From assembly GCA_051418015.1 (NCBI GenBank), contig JBPRGF010000023.1, forward strand, positions 32,001 through 96,000: 64,000 bases of DNA, written 5' to 3'. The notes under the pieces are model-generated. The model did not search any database. It was not told the origin of the DNA and saw only the letters and a list, made by a program, of their open reading frames with translations. Made by a program: the position numbers and the translations under genes. Shown here piece after piece: positions 1-9,930 of this stretch. How positions within the stretch are numbered: the stretch's first letter is position 1; each line of letters begins with the position of its first letter. This stretch comes from Candidatus Nitrospinota bacterium M3_3B_026 (GTDB lineage Bacteria > Nitrospinota_A > UBA7883 > JBPRGF01).

Positions 1-1381
1 CAAGCTCCGGACCGAAGTCGCAGAAGAACAGGAAAGGCTTCCGGCATCCCCACTCCTGTCCCATGAAGAGCAACGGCGGCGAGGGGGAAAGCAGGACAAC
101 AGCCGTGGCGGCGCGGACGGCCTCCATGGAGGCGAGGCTCGTTATCCGCTCCCCGAATGCGCGGTTGCCCACCTGGTCATGGTTCTGCAAAAAGGAGACG
201 AAAGCCTGCGGGGGCAGATGAGCGCTGGGCTCTCCCCGTCTTTCCCCGCCACGGTAGGCCGATGGTTCGCCCTGGTAGTCAAACCCCTCGGCAAGGCACC
301 GGCCGAGGCGGCGGGCGGGGGCGTCGGCGTAGTCGGCGTAATATCCTCCCGCCTCGCCCGTGGTTAGAACGTGGAGGACATGGTGAACGTCGTCGTTCCA
401 CTGGGCCGTGTAAAGTCGCGGGCGCCCGGCGCCGTCGCGCTCAATGTATCGGGCGGCGTTGTTGTCGTTCTCGAGGACGAGGTGGACGAGCCTGCTAGCG
501 CCCGGACCTTCGCGGACGACGCGGGCTATCTCCTCCAGGATGTCGGGGCTGGAGTCGTCCTTTATGGCGTGGACGGCGTCGAGGCGCAGCCCGTCGAAGT
601 TATACTCCGTGAGCCAGTAAAGGGCGTTGTCCACGAAAAACCGGCGGGGCCAACGGCTGTCCTTTCCATCGAAGTTTATCGCGTCGCCCCACGGGGTTTT
701 ATGGCGGCTCGTGAAGAACGCCGGGGCATATGAGCGAAGATAGTTGCCCTCCGGCCCGAAATGATTATAGACCACGTCCAGGAAGACCATGAGGCCCATC
801 TCGTGGGCGGTCTGGATGAACTCTTTCAAATCGTCGGGCGTCCCGTACCGCGCCTCCGGGGCGAAGATGTAGACTCCGTCGTAGCCCCAGCCCCGCGTCC
901 CCGGAAAGTCGGCCACGGGCATAAGCTCCACCGCCGTGACGCCCAGATCGGCGAGGCGGCCCAGCTTCTCCTTCGCCGCGGCGAACGTCCCCTCAGGCGT
1001 AAAAGTCCCCACGTGCATCTCATATATAACCGCCTCCTCGAAAGGCCGCCCCGTCCAACTCCCGTCGCGCCATTCGAAACGGGCGGGATCGATCATCTGG
1101 CTGTCGCCGTGGACATCGTCAGGCTGGTATCGCGAGGCGGGGTCGGGGACCTTCAGCCCGCCGTCGATGATGAAGGAGTATCGCGAGCCATGCGAGGCCA
1201 GGTCTGTGGTAATGGTTTTCCATCCGTCCCCCTCGGCCGTCATGGGCAGTTTTTCCGTCTCGCCGCCCGCGGCCAGAGCGAGCTCCACCTTCTCCGCCGC
1301 CGGAGCCCAGAGGCGGAACCGGACGGCGCCGTCCTGCTCCACCCGCGCTCCGAAGGACATATCGAAAGCGCGTCTTGTCAT
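1..1381 (-). CDS. treZ: malto-oligosyltrehalose trehalohydrolase (GH13), 3' end runs off the window
   Basis: Not in the ORF track; translated by hand from the ATG at 1381 as MTRRAFDMSFGA..FRLWAP..PDPASRYQPDDVHG..IYEMHVGTFT..WGYDG..DVVYNHFGPEGNY..DGLRLDAVH..NHDQVGNR, all typical TreZ motifs. Confidence 0.93.
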   Translation of the reverse strand, partial: MTRRAFDMSFGARVEQDGAVRFRLWAPAAEKVELALAAGGETEKLPMTAEGDGWKTITTDLASHGSRYSFIIDGGLKVPDPASRYQPDDVHGDSQMIDPARFEWRDGSWTGRPFEEAVIYEMHVGTFTPEGTFAAAKEKLGRLADLGVTAVELMPVADFPGTRGWGYDGVYIFAPEARYGTPDDLKEFIQTAHEMGLMVFLDVVYNHFGPEGNYLRSYAPAFFTSRHKTPWGDAINFDGKDSRWPRRFFVDNALYWLTEYNFDGLRLDAVHAIKDDSSPDILEEIARVVREGPGASRLVHLVLENDNNAARYIERDGAGRPRLYTAQWNDDVHHVLHVLTTGEAGGYYADYADAPARRLGRCLAEGFDYQGEPSAYRGGERRGEPSAHLPPQAFVSFLQNHDQVGNRAFGERITSLASMEAVRAATAVVLLSPSPPLLFMGQEWGCRKPFLFFCDFGPEL

Positions 1382-1424
1382 GCCGCCGCCACGCGCGCCG
1401 GCCCCGCTTCCGTCCGGCGATGTC

Positions 1425-2669
1425 TCATCCCAGCTCGATCCTGTCCTGGGCCATGTGCGTCAGGCCGACTATGAGGGTAAGGTACTCGCGCAGATGCCGG
1501 GTCAGCAGAAAGTTATCCCGGACAAAATCCTTCGCCTTGGCGCCGATGCTCTCGAGCGTCTGGCGCCTGCGCAGAAGATACCGTATCCGCATCGCCGCCC
1601 CCTCGGGGGTATTCACCAGGAAGCCGGTGTGATGGTTGATGACCTGCAGGCGGATGCCGCCCGTGTCCCCGCCGATGACCGGCTTGCCCTTCCACATCGC
1701 CTCCGCCACTGTCAGGCCGAACCCCTCCCTGGTCGATTTCTGCAGGACGATGTCCGCCACGCGCTGCAACGCGTTTATGGTCCGGTGCTCGTCCGGGGCG
1801 AGCAGCAGGACGTGGACATCCGGATCCTCCGCCGCCGCGGCGAGCGCCTCTTGGTATACCGCCTCCCCTTCCGGGTCGTCGGTGGCCCCTCCCCCGGCGA
1901 GGACGAGCTGCAGCGAGGGGATGTGTTTCGTGGCCATGCGGTAGGCGCGGATCACTCCCAGGGGGTCCTTGAACCTGTCGTAGCGGGAGACCTGGAGGAT
2001 TATGGGCCTTTCCGGGTCCAGGCCGAACCGCTCGTAAACGGCGGCCGTCTCGGCCTCCGGCAGGTCTATATTCTTCTCGCTCAGCGGGTCTATGCTGGGC
2101 GGGACAAGATACTCGGGGCTCGGCAGCGCCTGGGCGAAGGCGGCCAGGGAGAAGATGCTGGCGTCGTAACCCGCGACGAAATCGCGAAGATATCTCCAGA
2201 CGGGGCGATACGGCCTGCTGATGTCTATGTGGCAGCGCCAGATCCATTTGCCTTTCCTGTCCGGTACAAGCTTTCGCAACGGGGCGGGCTGGGGGTCGTG
2301 TATGAACACCATGTCCGCCTCCCTGAGGGAGTCCCTTAGCCTTTCGGCGTTTTCGGCGTTGGTTTTCTCGTAGTTTTCGAACTGCCTGTCGGGGATCATT
2401 ATCTGCGCGCCTTGCAGGCCGTTGTGCATGTTCTTGGTGCACTCGTAGAACTCCCCTTCGCCGGAGATCACCTCCCAGCTTGCGTCGAGGCCCAGCTCTT
2501 TCATCAGCGGGACCAGCTTGTTCAATATCTCCGCCACGCCCCCGCCGACCCGGGTGGAGTTGACATGAACCACCTTCATTCCCTTCAAGGGCATCGCCAG
2601 CTGGTAGAGATGGTCTATCACGTCCTCGCCGGCGACCTCGGCGTAGGCTTCAAGCATGGAGCTTGTCAT
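1425..2669 (-). CDS. treT: GT4 glycosyltransferase, trehalose synthase TreT-like
   Basis: Motifs HVNSTRVGGGVAEIL, IHDPQP, WRCHID, QVSRYDRFKDP, QKSTREGFGLTV; lies next to treZ. Confidence 0.88.
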   Translation of the reverse strand: MTSSMLEAYAEVAGEDVIDHLYQLAMPLKGMKVVHVNSTRVGGGVAEILNKLVPLMKELGLDASWEVISGEGEFYECTKNMHNGLQGAQIMIPDRQFENYEKTNAENAERLRDSLREADMVFIHDPQPAPLRKLVPDRKGKWIWRCHIDISRPYRPVWRYLRDFVAGYDASIFSLAAFAQALPSPEYLVPPSIDPLSEKNIDLPEAETAAVYERFGLDPERPIILQVSRYDRFKDPLGVIRAYRMATKHIPSLQLVLAGGGATDDPEGEAVYQEALAAAAEDPDVHVLLLAPDEHRTINALQRVADIVLQKSTREGFGLTVAEAMWKGKPVIGGDTGGIRLQVINHHTGFLVNTPEGAAMRIRYLLRRRQTLESIGAKAKDFVRDNFLLTRHLREYLTLIVGLTHMAQDRIELG

Positions 2670-3361
2670 CGTCCCTCCCCGAAATAGTCCGTGAATATGG
2701 ACGCGATCTGCTCGCGCAGCTGAACCAGGGTCACAAAATAGGGGTCCACGTCCGCCAGCCGGGCGATGAGGTCCGAGTACTTGTCCCCCCAGCCTTCAAG
2801 CCACGCGCGGAAATCGTCGATCCCTTCCGGGGGGCGGCGGCGGGAGTCTATGAAATGGTAAAAGACGCTGCTTGTGGACATATGGGAGACCGCATCGCCC
2901 AGGTTCTCGGGACGGTCTATACTCTTTTTCGTGTCGAAGACGACGATCTGCGAGCGGATGAACTCGAACTGCCTGTCGATGTGCGCCCAGGTCAGAAACT
3001 CCGTTTCGTCCAGCCGCTCCTCGATGATCTCCAGCATCTCGAGGCGCAGCTCGTCCATGTCGGAGTATTCGGACGGGTCTATGGCGGAAAGTCTCTCGCC
3101 GAGCTTGAAGTCCCGCGCCTCGTGGCGGACCCATTCGGCGAAGTCGTTATGATACTCCCTCTCCTCGAACCCCGGGCGCAACAGGCCGCCCCAGAAGTGA
3201 AAATAGACGCTGCTAGGATCGACGGTCTGCAGGTGGAGCCGAAGCTCCTTGAGGTTCTGCGCCTTCCTGCCCGTGGCGATGGCGATGAGGGCGCAGTCCC
3301 TGATGGTGAACGAACCCGCGCCGTCCTCCGTTCCGCCCGTTTCGGCGTTCGCGTCACTCAT
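2666..3361 (-). CDS. DUF5752-like protein (usual neighbour of TreT)
   Basis: Two internal SSV(Y/F)(F/Y)HF..(N/D)DF..W repeats; overlaps the treT start (ATGA). Confidence 0.75.
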   Translation of the reverse strand: MSDANAETGGTEDGAGSFTIRDCALIAIATGRKAQNLKELRLHLQTVDPSSVYFHFWGGLLRPGFEEREYHNDFAEWVRHEARDFKLGERLSAIDPSEYSDMDELRLEMLEIIEERLDETEFLTWAHIDRQFEFIRSQIVVFDTKKSIDRPENLGDAVSHMSTSSVFYHFIDSRRRPPEGIDDFRAWLEGWGDKYSDLIARLADVDPYFVTLVQLREQIASIFTDYFGEGR

Positions 3362-3558
3362 GGCCCACCACGCTCATGGCGTCATTATAAACCCTGACGC
3401 CCATATTTTAAGAGGTAAAAATTTCCCTGCCGCATGGGCGCGCCTTCAAAGCCCGGGGCCAGGCGCCTAAAACGCCGGATGACGCGGCGGCGCTGTGTTA
3501 AACTTTAGCCTTGGAAACCACCCCCTCGGGGGCAGCCGAAACGAAGAGCGAACGACGA

Positions 3559-4314
3559 ATGGGATTATTCCAGCCGAGGCCTGGCGGCGCCAGGCTGAGT
3601 CCGGCTGTTGTCAAATTCATCATATTCTTGTTTTTTGCCTTGGCCGTCGCGGCGGCGTTCAAATACACGGACATTGGATACTACTTCAGCAGGGAATTCA
3701 TTGAAAAGACGCTCGACCGCCTCGGCGTCTGGGCGCCGGCGGGGTTTGTGTTGATATACGCCGTGGGTACCACCCTGGGCGTTCCGGGGACCATCATGAC
3801 CATTCTCGGGGGAGTTCTGTTCGGCAGCCTGTTGGGGACGGTCCTGGTCGTTATAGGGGCCACTACAGGGGCCTGTTGCGCCTTCCTGGTCGCCCGGTTC
3901 CTGGCCAGGGATTTCATCGCGGAGAGATTCGGCTCGGCGCCGTGGTTCAAGAGGCTCGACCGGGGGATAAAAGAAGAGGGGATATATTTCATCCTCTTCG
4001 TCCGCCTAGTGCCGATATTCCCCTTCAACGGGCTCAACTTCGCCACGGGGCTCACCAACGTGAGGTTTCGCGACTATCTTTTGGGCACCTTCCTGGGGAT
4101 CATCCCCGCAAGCTTCATATTCGTGAACGCCGCCGCCCAGGCCGCCGAGGCCGCCGCGGGGGAGAGGGTAGGCCCCGGTCTTTTCGTCTCCCTTGCGCTT
4201 TTGGGGATGTTGGCGCTTGTCCCCGTGGCTTACAAGAGATACAAAGGCGCGGGGGATCATCGGGAGGGGGGCGGCCCCGATAGTGAAAGTTTTTCGGATA
4301 GGAAAGGCAAATGA
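3559..4314 (+). CDS. TVP38/TMEM64 (DedA/VTT) family membrane protein
   Basis: GGVLFG..GT, FLVARFLAR and RLVPIFPFNGLN motifs; the ATG at 3559 is preferred over the TTG at 3511. Confidence 0.88.
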   Translation: MGLFQPRPGGARLSPAVVKFIIFLFFALAVAAAFKYTDIGYYFSREFIEKTLDRLGVWAPAGFVLIYAVGTTLGVPGTIMTILGGVLFGSLLGTVLVVIGATTGACCAFLVARFLARDFIAERFGSAPWFKRLDRGIKEEGIYFILFVRLVPIFPFNGLNFATGLTNVRFRDYLLGTFLGIIPASFIFVNAAAQAAEAAAGERVGPGLFVSLALLGMLALVPVAYKRYKGAGDHREGGGPDSESFSDRKGK

Positions 4315-4327
4315 ATGGAGGAGCGAT

Positions 4328-5266
4328 ATGTATGACCTCGTAATCATCGGAGGGGGGCCGGCCGGGATAACGGCCGCCATTTACGCCATGAGGGCGCGGC
4401 TGAAGACCGTGGTGGTGGAGAAGCTGGGCGTCGGAGGGCAGATAGCGTTGTCGGACATAATAGAAAACTACCCCGGGTTTCCATCCCTCTCCGGCATGGA
4501 TCTGATGAAGCACTTCGAGGACCACGCCAAGAACGTGGAGACGGAGTTTTTGTTCACCGAGGTCGCCGGGATCGAGGCGGACGGTGACAAGAGGATCATC
4601 CGAACCTCCAAGGAGCCGCTGGAGACAAAGTCCGTGATAATCTGCTCCGGCGCCGAGCCGAAAAGGCTCGGGTTCAAGGGAGAGATGGAGTACGCCGGGC
4701 GGGGGATATCGAACTGCGGCACCTGCGACGGGCCGTTTTACAGGAACAAGCCGGTGGCCGTTATAGGCGGCGGCGACACGGCGGTCAAGGAATCGATATA
4801 CCTCTCCAGGCTGGCGAGCAAGGTCTACCACGTCCACAGGCGCGACAGGCTCCGCGCCGAAAAGATTCTGCAGGAGAGGATCCAGGGCCGCGACAACATA
4901 GAGTTCGTCTGGAAGAGCGTGGCCGAGGAAGCGCTCGGCGACGAGTCGGGCGTGACGGGGCTGAGGGTGAAAAACGTGGATACGGGCGAAATGCGGGACC
5001 TGGCCGTATACGGCATTTTTGTCTTCGTCGGCATAAAGCCGAACACCGGCTTCATAGACGTGGACAAAGACGAGCAGGGCTTCATCAAGGTCAACGAGAA
5101 CATGGAGACTTCCATGCCCGGCGTGTTCGCCGCGGGCGACTGCCGGGTGACTCCCCTGCGCCAGGTGGCCACGGCGGTGGGCGACGCGGCCATAGCGGCC
5201 TACAAGGCAGAGGAGTACGTCTCCGAGCTTGAAGGCCGGGCCTACGAGAAGACGCCGGGGGCCTGA
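4328..5266 (+). CDS. trxB: thioredoxin-disulfide reductase
   Basis: GGGPAG FAD motif, CGTC redox pair, GGGDTA NADPH motif, HRRD, TSMPGVFAAGD; GGAGGAG ribosome-binding site before ATG 4328. Confidence 0.93.
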   Translation: MYDLVIIGGGPAGITAAIYAMRARLKTVVVEKLGVGGQIALSDIIENYPGFPSLSGMDLMKHFEDHAKNVETEFLFTEVAGIEADGDKRIIRTSKEPLETKSVIICSGAEPKRLGFKGEMEYAGRGISNCGTCDGPFYRNKPVAVIGGGDTAVKESIYLSRLASKVYHVHRRDRLRAEKILQERIQGRDNIEFVWKSVAEEALGDESGVTGLRVKNVDTGEMRDLAVYGIFVFVGIKPNTGFIDVDKDEQGFIKVNENMETSMPGVFAAGDCRVTPLRQVATAVGDAAIAAYKAEEYVSELEGRAYEKTPGA

Positions 5267-5394
5267 ACAGGCGGCCAGGGCAAAAGGGAGATGGCGAAAC
5301 GCGCTTGGATGGATTTTCGGATGCGCTTGAGCGGGTTTGAAAACGGACAGGCCTTTTTCCCTCGCGGCGCCCTCCCTCCGGGAGGAGGGGCAGG

Positions 5395-7395
5395 GTGAGC
5401 CGTCCGGCGTACGCCCGCAACCGGCGCGCCTGGAGGATTTACAACGACCACAGGATCGAGCGGGCTCTCCAGATAGACCCGGAGAAGGGGAGAGTGGCCT
5501 TCCACGTCATCCCCTACCTCCTGAGCACGAACCATCCCGCCCTACCCGGATACATCGAGGGCGAGGCCGCCCCTGGAGGAATATACCTTTACACCCCGGG
5601 GAAAGAGACCGGGAGCGCCGTGCGGCGCGCGTTCCCGGAATACGACTTCGACAGGGTGGAAGCCACCCGGGGCGTGACCAGGCTGACGGTGGTGTCCCTG
5701 CTCATCATGGGCTCCATCGGCGCCGTGGCCCAGACCAAAAAGTCGGACTATGACTACTGGGTCGTCGTCGACGAATCCGCCATGTCCCCGGAGGAGCTGG
5801 ATGCCCTGAAGGCCAAGCTCGGCGCCATCAAGGCCTGGACCGTGGAAAAGAAGATCGAGGCCCATTTTTTCATCTCCGACGTGACCAGGGCGAAAAACAA
5901 CGATTTCGGCGAGACCGACAAGGAGTCCGCCGGATCCGCGCAGGCGGCGATCCTGAAGGAGGAGTTCTACAGGACGTTCATCCTCGCCGCGGGAAAGGAG
6001 CCGGTATGGTCCGCCCTCCCGCCGGGGCTGGACAAGGAGGAATACGAGAAGAACAAGGAGATGATGTTCGACGGGGGGGAAGTGGACGAGGCGGAGATGG
6101 TGGACCTCGGCGCGGCGGAGCCGATACCGATGGAGGAGCTTTTCGGGGCGTTGTTGTGGCAGTTCAACAAGGCCATGGAAAGCCCCCACAAGTCCGTCCT
6201 CAAGATGGCCCTCATAGAGACATTCATAAACGCCGGCCCCGGCGCGAAACTCTTGTGCGACATACTCAAAGGCGCCGTCCACGGGAACCCGGAGATGTCC
6301 CACCAGGCGGACCCTTACCTGCTGATGTTCGACTACGTCCATCGCGGCTACCTGAAGGCCAAACGCAAGGCCGAGGCGAAGACGCTGGAGAAATGTTTTT
6401 TTCTGAAGTCTTTCGACGCGCCCGTGGGGGGGCTGGAGGACGACGAGGGACTGCCTTACAAGGAAAGGACGCTCAGGCTCCTTTTGCGCCGGTGGAAATG
6501 GGACGAGAAGACCGTCCAGGACATGAACGGTTTTTCCTCCTGGGACTTCAAGAAGGTCGCGGCCCTGGCCTCATCCCTGCACAACTTCATGCTGGCGGTC
6601 TACAGGAGGCTGACCGACCGCGTGGCCCGCAAGCCCAACGTGGAGAGGATCATAACCGACACCGACCTGACGCTGCTGGGGCGCAAGCTCTTCACGCTCT
6701 ACTCGAAAAAACCGGGGAAGATAGAATACCTGAAACGGGTCATGGACGAGCTGGAGGGGCTGGACGCCGTCTCTTTCATCGCGGAGATAAAGCACGGCCG
6801 CAGACCTGTCTGGACGGTCTGCAAAGGCAACATAACAAGCCGCGTGGCCAAGGGGGGGAGCGTCAAGGAAATCGCCGTAAAGAGCGCGCCGGACCCCGTG
6901 GAGCTTCTGGCCTGGTTGAGGCTGAACAGGGTTTCCAGGAAGAACACGTTCTTCTACCTCATACCCAGCGAGTCGCCCGTCTCCCTGACCGACCTGCAGG
7001 AGCTGATGGACAGGATCACGTCGATATTCCCGGACATGGACCTGGCCTCCCTGGCGAAGGAGGACCTGCTGTCCAGGGCGGTGGTGGAGCGGGCTCTCGT
7101 AGTGGTGAACTTCACCACCCCCCGGTGGGAAAGTGAGGTGGAATCCCTGCACGTGATTTACATGAACAGCTGGGGAGAGGTCTACTGCCACGCCCTCTCC
7201 GCCGCCGAGGGCTACTCCAAGCTGCTGGACATCCTCCTGCAGACGAGGGAGAACAGCTTTTCCGTCCACGACGCCTCGGTGTTCGATATCTACGTCCCCA
7301 AGGGGGACAACAGGACGCGCCTTCGGACGAGGATCAGCGATTTTTTGATGAGCAGGTTCCTGCCGAGGCGGCCGGGGGCGCCGCGGCCCAGGTGA
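5395..7395 (+). CDS. cyaA: class I adenylate cyclase
   Basis: MGSIGAVAQTKKSDYDYWV nucleotidyltransferase signature, EEFYRT, WQFNKAMESPHKSVLK, LLGRKLF. Confidence 0.82.
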   Translation: MSRPAYARNRRAWRIYNDHRIERALQIDPEKGRVAFHVIPYLLSTNHPALPGYIEGEAAPGGIYLYTPGKETGSAVRRAFPEYDFDRVEATRGVTRLTVVSLLIMGSIGAVAQTKKSDYDYWVVVDESAMSPEELDALKAKLGAIKAWTVEKKIEAHFFISDVTRAKNNDFGETDKESAGSAQAAILKEEFYRTFILAAGKEPVWSALPPGLDKEEYEKNKEMMFDGGEVDEAEMVDLGAAEPIPMEELFGALLWQFNKAMESPHKSVLKMALIETFINAGPGAKLLCDILKGAVHGNPEMSHQADPYLLMFDYVHRGYLKAKRKAEAKTLEKCFFLKSFDAPVGGLEDDEGLPYKERTLRLLLRRWKWDEKTVQDMNGFSSWDFKKVAALASSLHNFMLAVYRRLTDRVARKPNVERIITDTDLTLLGRKLFTLYSKKPGKIEYLKRVMDELEGLDAVSFIAEIKHGRRPVWTVCKGNITSRVAKGGSVKEIAVKSAPDPVELLAWLRLNRVSRKNTFFYLIPSESPVSLTDLQELMDRITSIFPDMDLASLAKEDLLSRAVVERALVVVNFTTPRWESEVESLHVIYMNSWGEVYCHALSAAEGYSKLLDILLQTRENSFSVHDASVFDIYVPKGDNRTRLRTRISDFLMSRFLPRRPGAPRPR

Positions 7396-7411
7396 GCGCG
7401 ACCTCTCCGCC

Positions 7412-8131
7412 ATGCGCGTGATATCCATAATCGTCCCCGCCCTCCGGGAGGGAAGCGCCGTCGCGCGGCTGGCCTCGGCTTTCAAGGGAACGCCGGGCGT
7501 TACTTTCGTCGCCGCCCTCGCCGAGGGCGACGATGAGACGGAGGAGCCCGAGAAGAGGCCCGGCGTGACGGTCGTCAGGTCCGCCCCGGGACGGGGAACG
7601 CAGATGAACGCGGGGGCCATGGTGGCGGAAGGGGATATCCTGCTCTTCCTGCACGCCGACACCCGCATAGACCCCCGCTCTCTCGGTAAAGCCCGGGCCG
7701 TGATGGAGCGGCCGGACGTGGCGCTCGGTTTTTACAGACTCAGGATAGACTCACCGTCGCCGAAGGCCGGGATAATCTCCGCCGCGGCGAACGTCCGGTG
7801 CGCCCTGCTCAAAACTCCCTACGGCGACCAGGTGTTCTTCCTGAGAAGGGAGGTGTTCGAAAAAATCGGCGGCTTTCCCGATGTCCCTCTGATGGAGGAC
7901 GCGGCGCTGGCCGCGGCGGCAAAACGGATCGGCGGGCTGGCCCGGCTGGACGATTTCGCCGTGACCTCCGCCCGGCGGTGGGAGAGGCGCGGCTACCTGA
8001 AAAACACGTTGCGGAACTGGTCGATCGCGCTGGCCTGGAAGGCCGGCGTCGGACCGGAGAAGTTATACAAAATATATTACGGCGCGGATAAAAGGCCGCG
8101 GGGGCGGGATCAGCCCTCCTGCTCCGGCTGA
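7412..8131 (+). CDS. GT2 glycosyltransferase (TIGR04283-like)
   Basis: GRGTQMNAGA, FLHADT, PYGDQ, GGFPDVPLMED, TSARRW. Confidence 0.85.
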   Translation: MRVISIIVPALREGSAVARLASAFKGTPGVTFVAALAEGDDETEEPEKRPGVTVVRSAPGRGTQMNAGAMVAEGDILLFLHADTRIDPRSLGKARAVMERPDVALGFYRLRIDSPSPKAGIISAAANVRCALLKTPYGDQVFFLRREVFEKIGGFPDVPLMEDAALAAAAKRIGGLARLDDFAVTSARRWERRGYLKNTLRNWSIALAWKAGVGPEKLYKIYYGADKRPRGRDQPSCSG

Positions 8132-8760
8132 TATTTTTCCACCACCGGCGCCGCGGGCTTTCGCACAAGCCCCTCGAAAGCGTTCACCAGGGAAGGGTCG
8201 TCCCACTTGCCGGGGCCTACCAGGTGGTGCATCACTATGCCGTTCTTGTCGATCAGGAAAGTCTCCGGAACTCCGGTGATGCCGTACTGGGAGGAGACCT
8301 CCTGTTCCGGGTCCAGCGCCACGGGGAATGTCAGCCCCAGCTCCTCCATGAAAGGACCGACGAGCGAGGTGTCTTCGTCTATGCTGATGGTGAGCATGGC
8401 GAAATCCTCGTCCTTGAACATTTCGTGCAGTTTCTGCATGGAAGGCATCTCCTCCCGGCAGGGAGGGCACCACGTGGCCCATATGTTCAGGAAAACGATC
8501 TTGCCCCTGTAATCCGACAGCCTCATCTGGCCGCCGCCAAGGGTAGGCAGGGTGAAGTCCGGCGCGGGCTGGCCGTCCATCTTCGTCTGGGGCTGGCCGG
8601 AGGGCTGGACCTCCGACACGGGCCTTATGGGCTCCTCAAGGCTCTTCTCGATCTTCCAGAAACCCGTGACAACGATCATCGCCACCATGAGCGTCCCGAA
8701 GGGGATCCATTTCAGCCTGTCTTCCGCCGCAACGTCCATCCTTACCTCGCTTGTTCTCAT
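8110..8760 (-). CDS. TlpA/ResA-type membrane-anchored thiol-disulfide oxidoreductase
   Basis: N-terminal transmembrane helix, APDFTL, NIWATWCPPCREEMP, GVPETFLID. Confidence 0.9.
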   Translation of the reverse strand: MRTSEVRMDVAAEDRLKWIPFGTLMVAMIVVTGFWKIEKSLEEPIRPVSEVQPSGQPQTKMDGQPAPDFTLPTLGGGQMRLSDYRGKIVFLNIWATWCPPCREEMPSMQKLHEMFKDEDFAMLTISIDEDTSLVGPFMEELGLTFPVALDPEQEVSSQYGITGVPETFLIDKNGIVMHHLVGPGKWDDPSLVNAFEGLVRKPAAPVVEKYQPEQEG

Positions 8761-8839
8761 TCGTTTAAAGTGTAATCGCTTCCAGGAAGCCTTTCAATAT
8801 CCATGTGACCCTCCCGCCGGGGTTTTTCGTTTTCCCGTT

Positions 8840-8868
8840 TTGACACGGGAGCGGTTATCGTCTACCAT
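8840..8868 (+). promoter_or_regulatory. sigma-70-type promoter for the Sua5/YrdC gene
   Basis: TTGACA-N17-TACCAT, about 30 nt upstream of ATG 8900. Confidence 0.6.
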
Positions 8869-8899
8869 CCGAGCTTTACCTTCTTAGGCTGACGACACG

Positions 8900-9523
8900 A
8901 TGAGAGCCATCCATCTGAAACCGGACCGGCCGTCCTACAAGCCGTTGCGCGAGGCGGCGGAGATCGTGCTGGACGGCGGGGTAATGGTCTACCCCACGGA
9001 CACCATCTACGGCCTGGGTTGCGACGCCTTTTCGAAAAGCTCCATAGAGCGCATATCCCGCATCAAGAAGCGCGACCCGGCCAAACCCTTCTCCTTCGTG
9101 TGCCACGACATAGGCCAGATAAGCGAGTTCGCTTTCGTCTCCAACTGGGCCTACAGGCTCGTCAAAAAGCTCCTTCCCGGGCCTTACACGTTCATACTGG
9201 AGGCCCGCAAGACGAACATACCCAAGAAGATGCTGGGCAAAAGAAACACCGTCGGCGTGCGGATTCCGGGCTCTCCGATCTGCCAGCGGCTGGTGGAGCT
9301 TGTCGGCCATCCCATAGTCTCCACCTCCGTCAACCTTGCCGGTGGCGAACCCCTGACAGACCCGGTCATGCTGCCGGAGGATTTTTCGCGCTACATAGAC
9401 ATCATAATCTCCGTCGGCCCCCTCGTCTCCGTCCCGTCCACGGTGGTCGATCTCACCGGCGAAGAGCCTGTCGTCCTCCGCGAGGGAAAAGGCGCCATCA
9501 CGTGGCAAGCCGGCGGGGCCTGA
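8900..9523 (+). CDS. L-threonylcarbamoyladenylate synthase family (Sua5/YrdC/YciO)
   Basis: YPTDTIYGLGC, KKR, LLPGPYTFIL, STSVN, PSTVVDL. Confidence 0.9.
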   Translation: MRAIHLKPDRPSYKPLREAAEIVLDGGVMVYPTDTIYGLGCDAFSKSSIERISRIKKRDPAKPFSFVCHDIGQISEFAFVSNWAYRLVKKLLPGPYTFILEARKTNIPKKMLGKRNTVGVRIPGSPICQRLVELVGHPIVSTSVNLAGGEPLTDPVMLPEDFSRYIDIIISVGPLVSVPSTVVDLTGEEPVVLREGKGAITWQAGGA

Positions 9524-9579
9524 AAAAACCGGCCTCGTTTTGTAAAGCGGGTGGTGTTTATTTACAGGACATGTGATAA

Positions 9580-9861
9580 ATGTGGCTTTTACTGTCAAGC
9601 ATATTCACTTTCACTTTCTGGGCGCTTTTCGGCGCTTATATTTTTTTCGACCTCTACTTGGATTACCCGGCCTCTTCTCTACCTTTCTTTCTTTTGTCCC
9701 GCTTGATAGGCATCTATAATATTCTGGCGATTGTCTATTGCATCGTTCGATTCAAAAGCTACAAGAAATCGTTGATAATCGCTTCCATGATCATGTATAC
9801 CGTCCCCTTGGTTGGGGTCGGCGGTTTCTTCTTCTGGCTATTTTTTGGTTTTGCGATGTGA
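9580..9861 (+). CDS. small hydrophobic hypothetical membrane protein
   Basis: 93 aa with about three hydrophobic segments; ACAGGA upstream; visibly more AT-rich than its flanks. Confidence 0.55.
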   Translation: MWLLLSSIFTFTFWALFGAYIFFDLYLDYPASSLPFFLLSRLIGIYNILAIVYCIVRFKSYKKSLIIASMIMYTVPLVGVGGFFFWLFFGFAM

Positions 9862-9930
9862 GATTGGAGGAAGTCACGCGCCGGGACTCGATTATCCTGC
9901 AGCGAAAAAATTCAGGAGCTTTATAAATCA

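Noticed and set aside
8110..8131. Short 3' overlaps of convergent genes (also 13002-13015, 37851-37857, 60016-60019)
   Set aside because: These are common in compact genomes and there is no evidence of a special function.
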